Source of the DNA: Candidatus Gottesmanbacteria bacterium UBA5942 | GTDB lineage: Bacteria; Patescibacteriota; Microgenomatia; UBA10105; UBA927 | Assembly (NCBI GenBank): GCA_002430725.1 | Contig: DJCU01000021.1 | Location: forward strand, 1 to 50,108 | Length of the DNA stretch: 50,108 nt | Direction: 5' to 3' | Shown: positions 9,445 through 17,815 of the stretch, one piece after another | How the letters are laid out: each line of letters begins with the position of its first letter | Numbering within the stretch: the first letter of the stretch is position 1 | Made by a program: the position numbers and the translations under genes | The notes under the pieces: model-generated | What the model was told of the DNA's origin: nothing | What the model saw: only the letters and a program-made list of their open reading frames with translations | The model's database searches: none

Positions 9445-10215
9445 ATGAAAGAAAATCAAACTCAAACCGGGCCAGCGTGGCCACATATTGCGCTTGTTGT
9501 TTTGCTCGTAGTCGCTTCATTTATGTTAGGTTCACTCTATACAAAAGTGCAATATCTTGAGTCGGGAGCACCTACTGCAGGTGGAGTGGTAAAGTCTAAA
9601 TACAAATCTTTTGAAGATGCGATGGCTGCGTTTGCAAAGGCAGCAAAAATGGACTCGAAGAAATTAGTAGCATGTATGGAGAGTGGCGAGAAAGCTTCGA
9701 TAGTAAATGCTGAAACTGCAGAAGGAAATAGCGTAGGAGTAACGGGTACGCCAGCTTTCCTTATTAACGGAAAATTATTGGGCGGGGCATTTCCTTATGA
9801 AAGCTTTAAGGAAGTGATTGATAAGGAATTGGCAGGCACTGGATCTGAAGACCCTGCTGATTATTCCCAAAACCTTCAAGACGCAAATAAATCAGGAGCA
9901 TTTGATCCGAAACCACGAGTAGTCGCGGTGGGTAATTCTAGCGTACGTGGCGGTAAAGCCGGAGCGCCGGTAACAATAATTGAATTTTCAGACTTTCAAT
10001 GTCCATACTGCGGTAAGGCACATCCAACAGTGAAAAAAGTGCTTGCCGACTACGGTGACAAGGTGACGTTGGTGTTCAAGCATTTTCCGTTGCTGAGCAT
10101 CCACCCGCGTGCCCAAAAAACCGCAGAAGCAGCGGAGTGCGCCAAAGATCAGGGTAAATTCTGGGAATTCCATGATCAGCTGTTTGATAACCAGACTGAT
10201 TGGGCGAGTCTCTAA
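9445..10215 (+). CDS. Membrane-anchored DsbA-family oxidoreductase, circularly permuted
   Basis: The cis-Pro segment GVTGTPAFLING (aa 98-109) precedes EFSDFQCPYC (aa 180-189); the protein ends at GKFWEFHDQLFDNQTDWASL. Confidence 0.9.
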   Translation: MKENQTQTGPAWPHIALVVLLVVASFMLGSLYTKVQYLESGAPTAGGVVKSKYKSFEDAMAAFAKAAKMDSKKLVACMESGEKASIVNAETAEGNSVGVTGTPAFLINGKLLGGAFPYESFKEVIDKELAGTGSEDPADYSQNLQDANKSGAFDPKPRVVAVGNSSVRGGKAGAPVTIIEFSDFQCPYCGKAHPTVKKVLADYGDKVTLVFKHFPLLSIHPRAQKTAEAAECAKDQGKFWEFHDQLFDNQTDWASL

Positions 10216-10309
10216 ACCTTTAACGGTATATAAATTGTCCGTTATTGCAACCTGAATAGTAATCCTCATGCGCATGTATACTATCTTATAGTATGGTATA
10301 CTACGCTCC

Positions 10310-10648
10310 ATGAATTTTCGGGAAGTTATTCCTCTTATTGATGACGGTGGCGAACACAAATTTTTGATGAGCGTCAGGCAGTCGCCTGTCTATATCGTAC
10401 ACAAGCCGCTGACAGAACTTACGAAGCTCGTCATGCTTACCCACGAGGGCTTGGTCAATAAAATGAGGGGAGATGGTATTTTTGGTGAAGAAGAAGTTCT
10501 CGGAGGCTACTGTATAGTGCGAAGGAGTGTGTTGCGTTATTGGGGAGAGTCATCCACGCCAGTGAGAGCTGCGACTCAAGAACAATTTGAGGATGCCATA
10601 AAAAAGCGAGATATTCTACTCATTTCTATGCGCGGCAAAGTTGGTTAA
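10310..10648 (+). CDS. Hypothetical protein, possible Janus/Ocnus (PHPT1)-like fold
   Basis: Own extended -10 (TGgTATACT, 7 nt before ATG); motif order G-x-x-K-F, H, LGG, G-x-S. Confidence 0.6.
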   Translation: MNFREVIPLIDDGGEHKFLMSVRQSPVYIVHKPLTELTKLVMLTHEGLVNKMRGDGIFGEEEVLGGYCIVRRSVLRYWGESSTPVRAATQEQFEDAIKKRDILLISMRGKVG

Positions 10649-10655
10649 TTTTCTT

Positions 10656-11690
10656 TTAGAAGAGTTCTTCCTGTTGTTTTTTGGTCGGCGTTACCCCTAA
10701 GTGGGTAAATGCAGCCTGAGTTGCCGATCTTCCACGCGGGGTTCGTTTCAAAAACCCTATTTGCATAAGGAATGGTTCAAGTACTTCTTCTACAGTGCCG
10801 ACATCTTCAGATAATGCTGCTGCGAGTGTTTCTATGCCGACTGGACCTCCTGAGAATTTTTCAATAAGAAGTGTGAGAAGTCTGCGATCCGAATTGTCGA
10901 GTCCCATGCTGTCGACTTCAAATAGCGTGAGCGAGTGATGCAGTATGGGTTCGTCTATCGCACCATTACCTTCGATTTGCGCGACATCACGTACTCTTTT
11001 GAGTAAACGAAGGGCTATACGAGGAGTGCCACGACTCCGTTTGGCGAGCTCACGCCTCGCTATTGGGTCAAGTTGTACATTGAGTTTTTTGGCAGCCCTA
11101 TCGAGGATTTCTTCGATTTCTTTGGGTTCGTAAAATGACAATCTAGTAACAACCCCAAAGCGATCGCGCATTGGAGAAGAGAGAAGGCCCACTCTGGTAG
11201 TCGCGCCGATAATAGTAAATGGCGGTAAGTCTAATCGTAGTGTCCGAGCTGCTGGCCCTTTCCCGAGAACTATGTCCAATGCATAGTCTTCCATAGCTGG
11301 ATAGAGTGTTTCTTCTACCACTTTATTGAGCCTATGTATCTCATCAATAAACAGAATATCGTTGGGCTCTAAATTGGTAAGTATGGCGGCTAAATCACCT
11401 GCTCGTTCTATGGCAGGTCCGCTTGTTACTCGGACATTTACGTCTAGTTCTTTGCCGATGAGATGGGCGAGCGTTGTTTTACCTAGTCCTGGAGGCCCAT
11501 ACAATAGGATGTGTTCTAATGCCTCTTTTCTCTTTTTGGCTGCCGCAATGGCGATATGAAGCGTGCGCTTGACGTTTTCTTGCCCGGCAAATTCCGGCCA
11601 GGTCGCTGCCCGAAGAGATACTAAAAGTGATTGTTCTTCTGGAGTAACGGTAGTTTCCAGGATGTTGTCAGTAAGCGGATTTTTTTTCAT
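10656..11690 (-). CDS. ruvB: Holliday junction branch migration helicase RuvB
   Basis: [55 protein letters not shown]. Confidence 0.99.
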   Translation of the reverse strand: MKKNPLTDNILETTVTPEEQSLLVSLRAATWPEFAGQENVKRTLHIAIAAAKKRKEALEHILLYGPPGLGKTTLAHLIGKELDVNVRVTSGPAIERAGDLAAILTNLEPNDILFIDEIHRLNKVVEETLYPAMEDYALDIVLGKGPAARTLRLDLPPFTIIGATTRVGLLSSPMRDRFGVVTRLSFYEPKEIEEILDRAAKKLNVQLDPIARRELAKRSRGTPRIALRLLKRVRDVAQIEGNGAIDEPILHHSLTLFEVDSMGLDNSDRRLLTLLIEKFSGGPVGIETLAAALSEDVGTVEEVLEPFLMQIGFLKRTPRGRSATQAAFTHLGVTPTKKQQEELF

Positions 11691-11696
11691 ATGACA

Positions 11697-12263
11697 TTAC
11701 CCGAGCATTTTGAGGGCAAACTTTACTTTTTGTTCAAGTGTTCCTTCTGCTGGAAGCTTTTTGACTGCCTCGCGCGCTTCTTTGCGATCAAATCCCATGG
11801 TAATAAGTGCGTCTATAATTTGTTTAGTGTCGCCAGTTGATTCATCAGAAAGATCGAGGTCAGAGGTACTTCCTAATTTGCTTTTCAGTTCAATAATAAT
11901 TTTTTGCGCGTTTTTCTTGCCAAGTCTTGGAACCGCCATAAAAAATTCAACGTCAGAGGCGATAATTGCCCGTTTTATCGCACTGCCTCCGCGATCAAGC
12001 ACCGCGAGTGCAGTTTTAGGGCCGACACCAGATACGCTCAAGAGAAGTTCAAATAGTGACATCTCTTCTTCAGAGGAAAAGCCAAACAGCTGCAATATAT
12101 CTTCTCGTACATGTAAGTAGGTAAGCACAGTGAGTTGTTGTCCAACAGCTGTTGTGGCAAGAAGGCCCTGTGGTACATGTACGGCATAACCAACACCATG
12201 CACATCCAAAACGAGTGGGTTGTGGTGCATGCGGATAACCGTGCCGGTAAGTTGTGCGATCAT
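11697..12263 (-). CDS. ruvA: Holliday junction branch migration protein RuvA
   Basis: MIAQLTG, VHGVGY, VRED...LFGF, VSGVGPKTAL helix-hairpin-helix. Confidence 0.98.
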   Translation of the reverse strand: MIAQLTGTVIRMHHNPLVLDVHGVGYAVHVPQGLLATTAVGQQLTVLTYLHVREDILQLFGFSSEEEMSLFELLLSVSGVGPKTALAVLDRGGSAIKRAIIASDVEFFMAVPRLGKKNAQKIIIELKSKLGSTSDLDLSDESTGDTKQIIDALITMGFDRKEAREAVKKLPAEGTLEQKVKFALKMLG

Positions 12264-12751
12264 AATAACTTAGCCTTTATCTTATACGAGAATCCGTGGG
12301 TCACTGCAATAGCAAGCGCGTCTGCAGTATCATCGGGTGTGGGTACTTCTTTGAGGCGAAGGAGTCGCGTGACCATTTTTCCGACTTGAGTTTTTTCAGC
12401 AGCGCCACTGCCACAGATGGTTTTTTTCACTGTCATGGGGCTATACGAAGCTACGGGAATATGTGCCTGTGCACATGCAAGGAGTATGACACCGCGGGCT
12501 TGTCCAACAGCGATAGCTGTTTTGGCGTTTGTCGAAAAAAATAAATCTTCTACACCAATTTCATTGGGCTTATAGGTTTGTATGAGCTTTGTAAATGCGG
12601 TATAGAGTTGTGCGAGACGCTCAGAGGGTGAGTCAATTTTATCCGTGGTGATACATCCGTATGCTTTGGCGGAAATTTTACCCCCGTTATCTTCTATGAC
12701 ACCCCAGCCAATGCGAGCAGTCCCCGGATCAACACCAAGTATCGTCATCAT
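12260..12751 (-). CDS. ruvC: Holliday junction resolvase RuvC
   Basis: ILGVDPG, VEDLFFSTN, GQARGV, DDTADALAIA; start chosen 7 nt after TATAAT (alternatives 12760 or 12748). Confidence 0.97.
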   Translation of the reverse strand: MMTILGVDPGTARIGWGVIEDNGGKISAKAYGCITTDKIDSPSERLAQLYTAFTKLIQTYKPNEIGVEDLFFSTNAKTAIAVGQARGVILLACAQAHIPVASYSPMTVKKTICGSGAAEKTQVGKMVTRLLRLKEVPTPDDTADALAIAVTHGFSYKIKAKLL

Positions 12752-12792
12752 ATGTTCCATTATAAGCAGTCGGGCACTATAATAAAAATTAT

Positions 12793-13167
12793 ATGCAGGT
12801 ATTGCAGTTTATCGGCGCCGCGGTGGGAGCGGGGGCAGTTATTATTGTCACGAGTTTGTTGTGGCCAAGAGTGACTGCTGATCCGCGTCCGGAACCGCTT
12901 ACCAAGGTTCATGATGCTGTGCTAGAAACCAAAGCCGGACAGGATTTAGCAAATACATTAGGAGTAAGCGATGAGACGTCAATTCAACCAGTGAGCGTTT
13001 CGTCTCTTGCGTCTTCTGCAGTACAAAACGTGGTCACGTCTGTTTCTACTCAGGCACAAAGTGCTGTAACGACCCACGTATTAGAAGTGGTCGTAAAGCA
13101 AGTGGAGCAATTATCACCTGATGAGCAGGAAAAATTTCGTCAGCTTATTTGTGCTCCCGCCGAGTGA
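12793..13167 (+). CDS. Hypothetical membrane-anchored protein
   Basis: N-terminal hydrophobic helix; TATAAT 9 nt upstream; overlaps the convergent gene by 23 nt. Confidence 0.7.
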   Translation: MQVLQFIGAAVGAGAVIIVTSLLWPRVTADPRPEPLTKVHDAVLETKAGQDLANTLGVSDETSIQPVSVSSLASSAVQNVVTSVSTQAQSAVTTHVLEVVVKQVEQLSPDEQEKFRQLICAPAE

Positions 13168-14266
13168 GATACCACGCGGCAATTGCAGTGGTCAGAGGTA
13201 CTGCGACAATCAGCCCAAAGCTTCCTGAAAGTGTCCGCACGATTTCTTCTGTCATTGTTTCGCTATTTATGATTGACCACAGGGGATAATTGTTTGGATT
13301 GGTAATAAGCATAATAAAAATTGGCAGTGAGGCGCCAGCGTATGCCAGAACGAGCGTGTTTACGAGTGATGATACGTGTTCTCGCCCTACCCGAAGACCT
13401 GCGCTGAAAAGTTCAAAAAACGAAAGTTTTGCGTTTGCCCGTTTAAGTTCAAAAATAGATGCAGTAAGGCCGGTAGTAACGTCATCGAGTACGCCAAGTG
13501 CTCCGATGAGTATTCCTCCGAGAAGTAACCCTTTGAAATTGACAATAGCTGTTAGTCCAAGTTTTAGGGAGTAGGCGTCTTCACTTCCCAAGCCTGTTAA
13601 GTGCGTTGCTTTTACGAGTAATACAGACAGTCCACCGGTAAAAAGGAGCGTAAGAAATGTAGAAATAAGCGCGATACTGGTTTGTCGAGAAAATCCATGT
13701 GCGAGATAAATGGTCGTTAGCATAATTCCCATGCTCCCTAAAATGCTTATGGTGAGCGGGTCGTTGCCGGCAAGAATTTGGGGAACAATGAATTTGACAA
13801 TGACGATAATACTTATGATCATCCCAATAATTGATCCGATACCCCGCCACCCACTAAGAAGCATAACTGCTGCTGTAAAAATGATAAGAAATGGGAAAAG
13901 TGTCGGTAGGCGATACGAGTCGATAATCTGAAAAATGGGTGAAAGGTCTGGGCCGGTTGTCCGTACGATCACGACTGCCTGGCCGGGTTTTACAAATTTA
14001 TCTTTTTCAATACTAAATATTGTGCCGTGATCGATAGTAAATTCTTTCCCTCGGAGGTTTCCATCGAGAATTTTGATCTGCACAATCTGATAGGGGATAG
14101 TCACCCCGTTTACATCTTTTGATCCTTCTTCTATTACCTGTTTGATCTGTGCTTTGTAGTATGTATCCTGAAGCAGTTGATTATCCTGGGCATAGACGCC
14201 ATTTGTAGGGGCAATAAACAAAAGGCTCAACAAAATAATGAAGAGACGTGTTATTTTTATGCGCAT
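13145..14266 (-). CDS. YibE/F-family membrane protein
   Basis: GILIGALGVLDDV, VNTLVLAYAGASLP, EEIVRTLSGSFGL; start placed 7 nt after TGaTACAAT. Confidence 0.9.
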   Translation of the reverse strand: MRIKITRLFIILLSLLFIAPTNGVYAQDNQLLQDTYYKAQIKQVIEEGSKDVNGVTIPYQIVQIKILDGNLRGKEFTIDHGTIFSIEKDKFVKPGQAVVIVRTTGPDLSPIFQIIDSYRLPTLFPFLIIFTAAVMLLSGWRGIGSIIGMIISIIVIVKFIVPQILAGNDPLTISILGSMGIMLTTIYLAHGFSRQTSIALISTFLTLLFTGGLSVLLVKATHLTGLGSEDAYSLKLGLTAIVNFKGLLLGGILIGALGVLDDVTTGLTASIFELKRANAKLSFFELFSAGLRVGREHVSSLVNTLVLAYAGASLPIFIMLITNPNNYPLWSIINSETMTEEIVRTLSGSFGLIVAVPLTTAIAAWYLTRREHK

Positions 14267-14276
14267 TCTTTGCATT
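14258..14276 (-). promoter_or_regulatory. Second, degenerate Fur-family operator over the YibE/F -10 and start codon
   Basis: AATGCAAAGAATGCGCATA matches the main box AATGCAAGTAACTTGCATA at 14 of 19 positions (ATGC-N9-GCAT). Confidence 0.5.
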
Positions 14277-14311
14277 GTATCAGTCGTCAAAAAACTTCCC
14301 AAGGGGATGAG

Positions 14312-14340
14312 TTGACAAATGCAAGTAACTTGCATATACT
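14312..14340 (+). promoter_or_regulatory. Near-consensus sigma70 promoter TTGACA-N17-TATACT with an 8-1-8 palindromic operator in the spacer
   Basis: ATGCAAGT-A-ACTTGCAT at 14319-14335; ATG 7 nt after the -10. Confidence 0.85.
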
Positions 14341-14347
14341 TTAGATA

Positions 14348-14776
14348 ATGAAGTCAACTATAAAACATGATTGTAGAGACGAGCTGCATAACGCAAAGCT
14401 CCGTGTAACTCCCGCGCGTCTTGGCGTATTGGCTATGCTGGAGCACGCAGATATGCCGGTTGATGTATCCATGATTACCGATTACCTGAAAAAACAAAAA
14501 ATTCCTGTTAACGAGGTGACGGTGTTTCGAATATTGAACACCTTTACAGATAAAGGGATCACAAAACCCATACAGCTTAATGAAGGAAAGCTTCGATACG
14601 AGTACGCCAACAAAGCAAAACATCATCATTTTATTTGCGAAAAATGCAAAACCATCACTGACGTAGAAGGGTGCACTGTAGAGGCGCTCGAGCGGCAGAT
14701 TGAAAAAACATCAGGTGGAAAAGTGACCAGACATTCGCTGGAATTTTTTGGGCTTTGCCGGAGGTGTGTATCATGA
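14348..14776 (+). CDS. Fur-family metalloregulator (Zur/Fur-like)
   Basis: LRVTPAR, TVFRILN, HHHFICEKC and C-terminal CRRC. Confidence 0.93.
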   Translation: MKSTIKHDCRDELHNAKLRVTPARLGVLAMLEHADMPVDVSMITDYLKKQKIPVNEVTVFRILNTFTDKGITKPIQLNEGKLRYEYANKAKHHHFICEKCKTITDVEGCTVEALERQIEKTSGGKVTRHSLEFFGLCRRCVS

Positions 14777-15519
14777 CACAGATATATATTTTATCATCGG
14801 TGGTGATTGTCAGTTTATTGTCACTTATTGGCGCCGCACTCATCGTCATACAGCGTCAGAAGTTGAATTCCGTTATTATGTATGCGTTGGCGTTTTCTTC
14901 GGGTGTCATGTTGGGCGCCACGTTTTTTGATTTGTTGCCCGAAGCGGTGGAGTTGTTGCCTGAAAGTGCGTTTTCGTGGGTACTTGCTGGATTTGTAGGA
15001 TTTTTTGCGTTAGAGAAACTGATTGCCTGGCATCATCATGTAGAAGGGCGACATATTCATGATGAAAAGCCATTGGCATACCTTACGCTTATTGGTGATG
15101 GCATACATAACTTTGTCGATGGCGCAGTCATTGCTGGTGCATATTTAGTTTCCATTCCGCTGGGGGTGACGACAACACTTGCGGTAATAGCCCATGAAAT
15201 ACCTCATGAACTAAGTGATTTTATGGTGCTTATTCATGGTGGGTTGTCGAATAAGAAGGCGCTTATGTATAACTTTGCCTCTGCCGCGACTGCTATTTTG
15301 GGGGCAATATTTGTATTATTTGTTTCAGAACAGTTTGCCACTCTTGAGCAGTACCTTGTCCCAATAGCCGCAGGGAATTTTCTCTACATTGCAGCAAGTG
15401 ACCTTATCCCAGAGTTACTCACTGTCCGCAAAGGTAATCAGTCAGTACGACAAATTATGTTGCTTATCGCAGGGTTGGGTGTCGTGCCGCTTACAGGACT
15501 ATTATTTGGTCACGTATAA
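14773..15519 (+). CDS. ZIP-family divalent metal transporter
   Basis: GDGIHNFVDG, HEIPHELSDF, His-rich loop HHHVEGRHIH; ATGA overlap with the Fur-family gene. Confidence 0.94.
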   Translation: MTQIYILSSVVIVSLLSLIGAALIVIQRQKLNSVIMYALAFSSGVMLGATFFDLLPEAVELLPESAFSWVLAGFVGFFALEKLIAWHHHVEGRHIHDEKPLAYLTLIGDGIHNFVDGAVIAGAYLVSIPLGVTTTLAVIAHEIPHELSDFMVLIHGGLSNKKALMYNFASAATAILGAIFVLFVSEQFATLEQYLVPIAAGNFLYIAASDLIPELLTVRKGNQSVRQIMLLIAGLGVVPLTGLLFGHV

Positions 15520-15590
15520 AGATGCTTTAGTAAATAGTCCGGCTTCATTCTTTACGCTCCGTCATACGTGCTACAATAAGAAACTATTAT

Positions 15591-16598
15591 ATGGACGAAG
15601 ATCTTAAAAAACGTGCGAGTGAACTTCTTGAACGGTTAGACCTCGATGGTATGCGTAAGCACATTCGAGAGCTTGAAGCCGAAACGATGCACGAGAATTT
15701 TTGGAAAGATCCGGAAGGCGCGGCGCGCAAAATGCAAGAACTTGCCTCATTGCAAAAGGAATTATCCGAAGGTGAAGAATTTTCATTGCTTCTGGAGCTT
15801 GGGGAAGAAGAAAAACTTAGAAGCGAAATCACCCGATTAGAATTTGCGTTGTATCTTTCGGGTCCGTATGACAAGGGAAATGCGATATTAGCGCTTCATG
15901 CAGGACAAGGGGGAACAGAAGCCATGGATTGGACAGGTATGCTTTACCGCATGTATACACGATACATAGAGCAAAAGGGTTGGAAAATGGAGGAAATGGA
16001 TTATACCCCGGGTGATGAGGCGGGGATTAAAAGCGTCACCATAGAGGTGACTGGTCGATTTGCGTTTGGATTTCTGAAAGCGGAGGCTGGAGTACATCGT
16101 TTGGTTCGACAATCTCCGTTTAACGCAGATAAGCTGCGGCAGACATCCTTTGCCATGGTAGAGGTGTTGCCTATCGTTGATGAAGTGGGAGTGGATATCA
16201 AAGAAGAAGATCTTGTATGGGAATTCTATCGAAGTGGCGGTAAGGGCGGGCAAAATGTTAATAAGGTTTCTACAGCGGTTCGACTTAAGCATACTCCCAC
16301 TGGTATTATTGTCACGAGTCAGGCGCAGCGATATCAGGGTCAAAACAGAGAGTTTGCACTCAAGGTGCTTCGTGCTAAGTTATGGGAGGCCGAAGAAGCA
16401 AAGCGCAAGAGTCAGGACAAAGCATTTCGAGGCGAATACAAAACACCTGGATGGGGAAACCAAATCCGTTCGTATGTATTACATCCGTATCATATGGTAA
16501 AAGATTTGCGTACAGAATACGAAACATCAGCGACAGACAAGGTGCTTGATGGTGACTTAGGAGACTTCATATTGGCATACTTGAAAAAATATTCTTGA
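15591..16598 (+). CDS. prfB: Peptide chain release factor 2, uninterrupted ORF
   Basis: GVHRLVRQSPF (SPF motif), GGQNVNKV, WGNQIRSYVLHPY. Confidence 0.97.
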   Translation: MDEDLKKRASELLERLDLDGMRKHIRELEAETMHENFWKDPEGAARKMQELASLQKELSEGEEFSLLLELGEEEKLRSEITRLEFALYLSGPYDKGNAILALHAGQGGTEAMDWTGMLYRMYTRYIEQKGWKMEEMDYTPGDEAGIKSVTIEVTGRFAFGFLKAEAGVHRLVRQSPFNADKLRQTSFAMVEVLPIVDEVGVDIKEEDLVWEFYRSGGKGGQNVNKVSTAVRLKHTPTGIIVTSQAQRYQGQNREFALKVLRAKLWEAEEAKRKSQDKAFRGEYKTPGWGNQIRSYVLHPYHMVKDLRTEYETSATDKVLDGDLGDFILAYLKKYS

Positions 16599-16607
16599 AA
16601 CCAGATA

Positions 16608-17084
16608 ATGGAAAGTATGAGAATAACTACTCCTCACCATACGGCATCATCTGTACTTCGATCAGTCGATATGAAAGATCAGCAGCAGGATATGAAAACA
16701 TTAAAAAAAGACGCGAAAGTAGTGCTCGTGGTTTATGTTATTTTGCTTTTGTTAGGGGTAGGAACTGGTTATCTTTTGAGTCAAAAAGGTTCGAGTCCGC
16801 TCACTCCCAAGGGTACACCCATCACTACCAATAAAATTATTGGAGTGCAGGATGCCTCGACATTTAAAGATTGCGCGAGTGGTACTATCGAAAAAGACGG
16901 GGTTGAAGGCGAGGGAACTCATAAACTTGTGCGAGATGGAGGACCAAGTCAAACTGCATATTTGATATCTTCAATTATCGATATGGATCAATATGTCGGC
17001 TTAAAAGCAAAAGTATGTGGTCAAACACTAGCTGCCAAAAAAGTTTCATGGCTCATGGATGTTGGCAGAATCGAACTTGAATGA
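16608..17084 (+). CDS. Hypothetical single-TM protein with an extracytoplasmic beta-rich domain
   Basis: TM VVLVVYVILLLLGVGTGYLL; ATGA overlap with ftsE; start uncertain. Confidence 0.75.
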   Translation: MESMRITTPHHTASSVLRSVDMKDQQQDMKTLKKDAKVVLVVYVILLLLGVGTGYLLSQKGSSPLTPKGTPITTNKIIGVQDASTFKDCASGTIEKDGVEGEGTHKLVRDGGPSQTAYLISSIIDMDQYVGLKAKVCGQTLAAKKVSWLMDVGRIELE

Positions 17085-17815
17085 TTTACTTTTCCAACGT
17101 CTCCAAATATTATCCCGGGAACATCCCTGGGCTTATCGATGTAACCGTAGAAATACCGGCAGGAGAGTTTGTGTTTCTGATCGGCCCTTCCGGAAGCGGT
17201 AAAACGACATTTTTGCGACTTCTCATACGCGATTTATTACCCTCGAGCGGTGTGATCACCATAGAAAACGCTGATATTTCCAAATTTACTCCTTCCAATA
17301 TTCATATACTTCGGAGAAAAGTCGGCATAGTGTTTCAGGATTTTAAATTACTCCTTGATCGTACCGTATATGAAAACATTGCCATGGTGCTAGAGATTTT
17401 GGGAAAACCGGAGCGAGATATCGAAAAAGGGGTGATGAACGTTCTTGACCTCGTCGGGTTGCCCGACAAGAGAAATTTGTTCCCTATGCAGTTGTCTGCG
17501 GGTGAAATGCAGCGCACGAGTATCGCTCGCGCTATAGTCGGTGGCCCGAAAATACTTCTTGCAGATGAACCTACAGGCAATCTAGATCCTGACACCGCAT
17601 GGGGTATTATGGACATACTCAAAGAGGTAAACGACCTTGGGACGACTGTTATTGTGGCGAGTCACAACGCGGATATCGTCAACAAAATGAAAAAAAGGAC
17701 ACTAACAATCAAAGGTGGCGGTGTCGTACGGGATGAGGCTCGTGGGCACTATCATTTGGAAAAACACGAAAAGAAAGCTGTTACCAAAGGGGGAAAACAC
17801 GATGCCAATCACTAG
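17081..17815 (+). CDS. ftsE: Cell division ATP-binding protein FtsE
   Basis: [34 protein letters not shown]; adjacent to ftsX. Confidence 0.95.
   Translation: MIYFSNVSKYYPGNIPGLIDVTVEIPAGEFVFLIGPSGSGKTTFLRLLIRDLLPSSGVITIENADISKFTPSNIHILRRKVGIVFQDFKLLLDRTVYENIAMVLEILGKPERDIEKGVMNVLDLVGLPDKRNLFPMQLSAGEMQRTSIARAIVGGPKILLADEPTGNLDPDTAWGIMDILKEVNDLGTTVIVASHNADIVNKMKKRTLTIKGGGVVRDEARGHYHLEKHEKKAVTKGGKHDANH

Noticed and set aside
9445-10215. Interpretation of this DsbA as a truncated pseudogene
   Set aside because: The apparently missing C-terminal half is present upstream in the same frame with its motifs intact.
14267-14335. N-terminal extension of the YibE/F ORF (MQVTCICQ...)
   Set aside because: It runs through the divergent promoter and operator; a better start at 14266 follows a -10 box.
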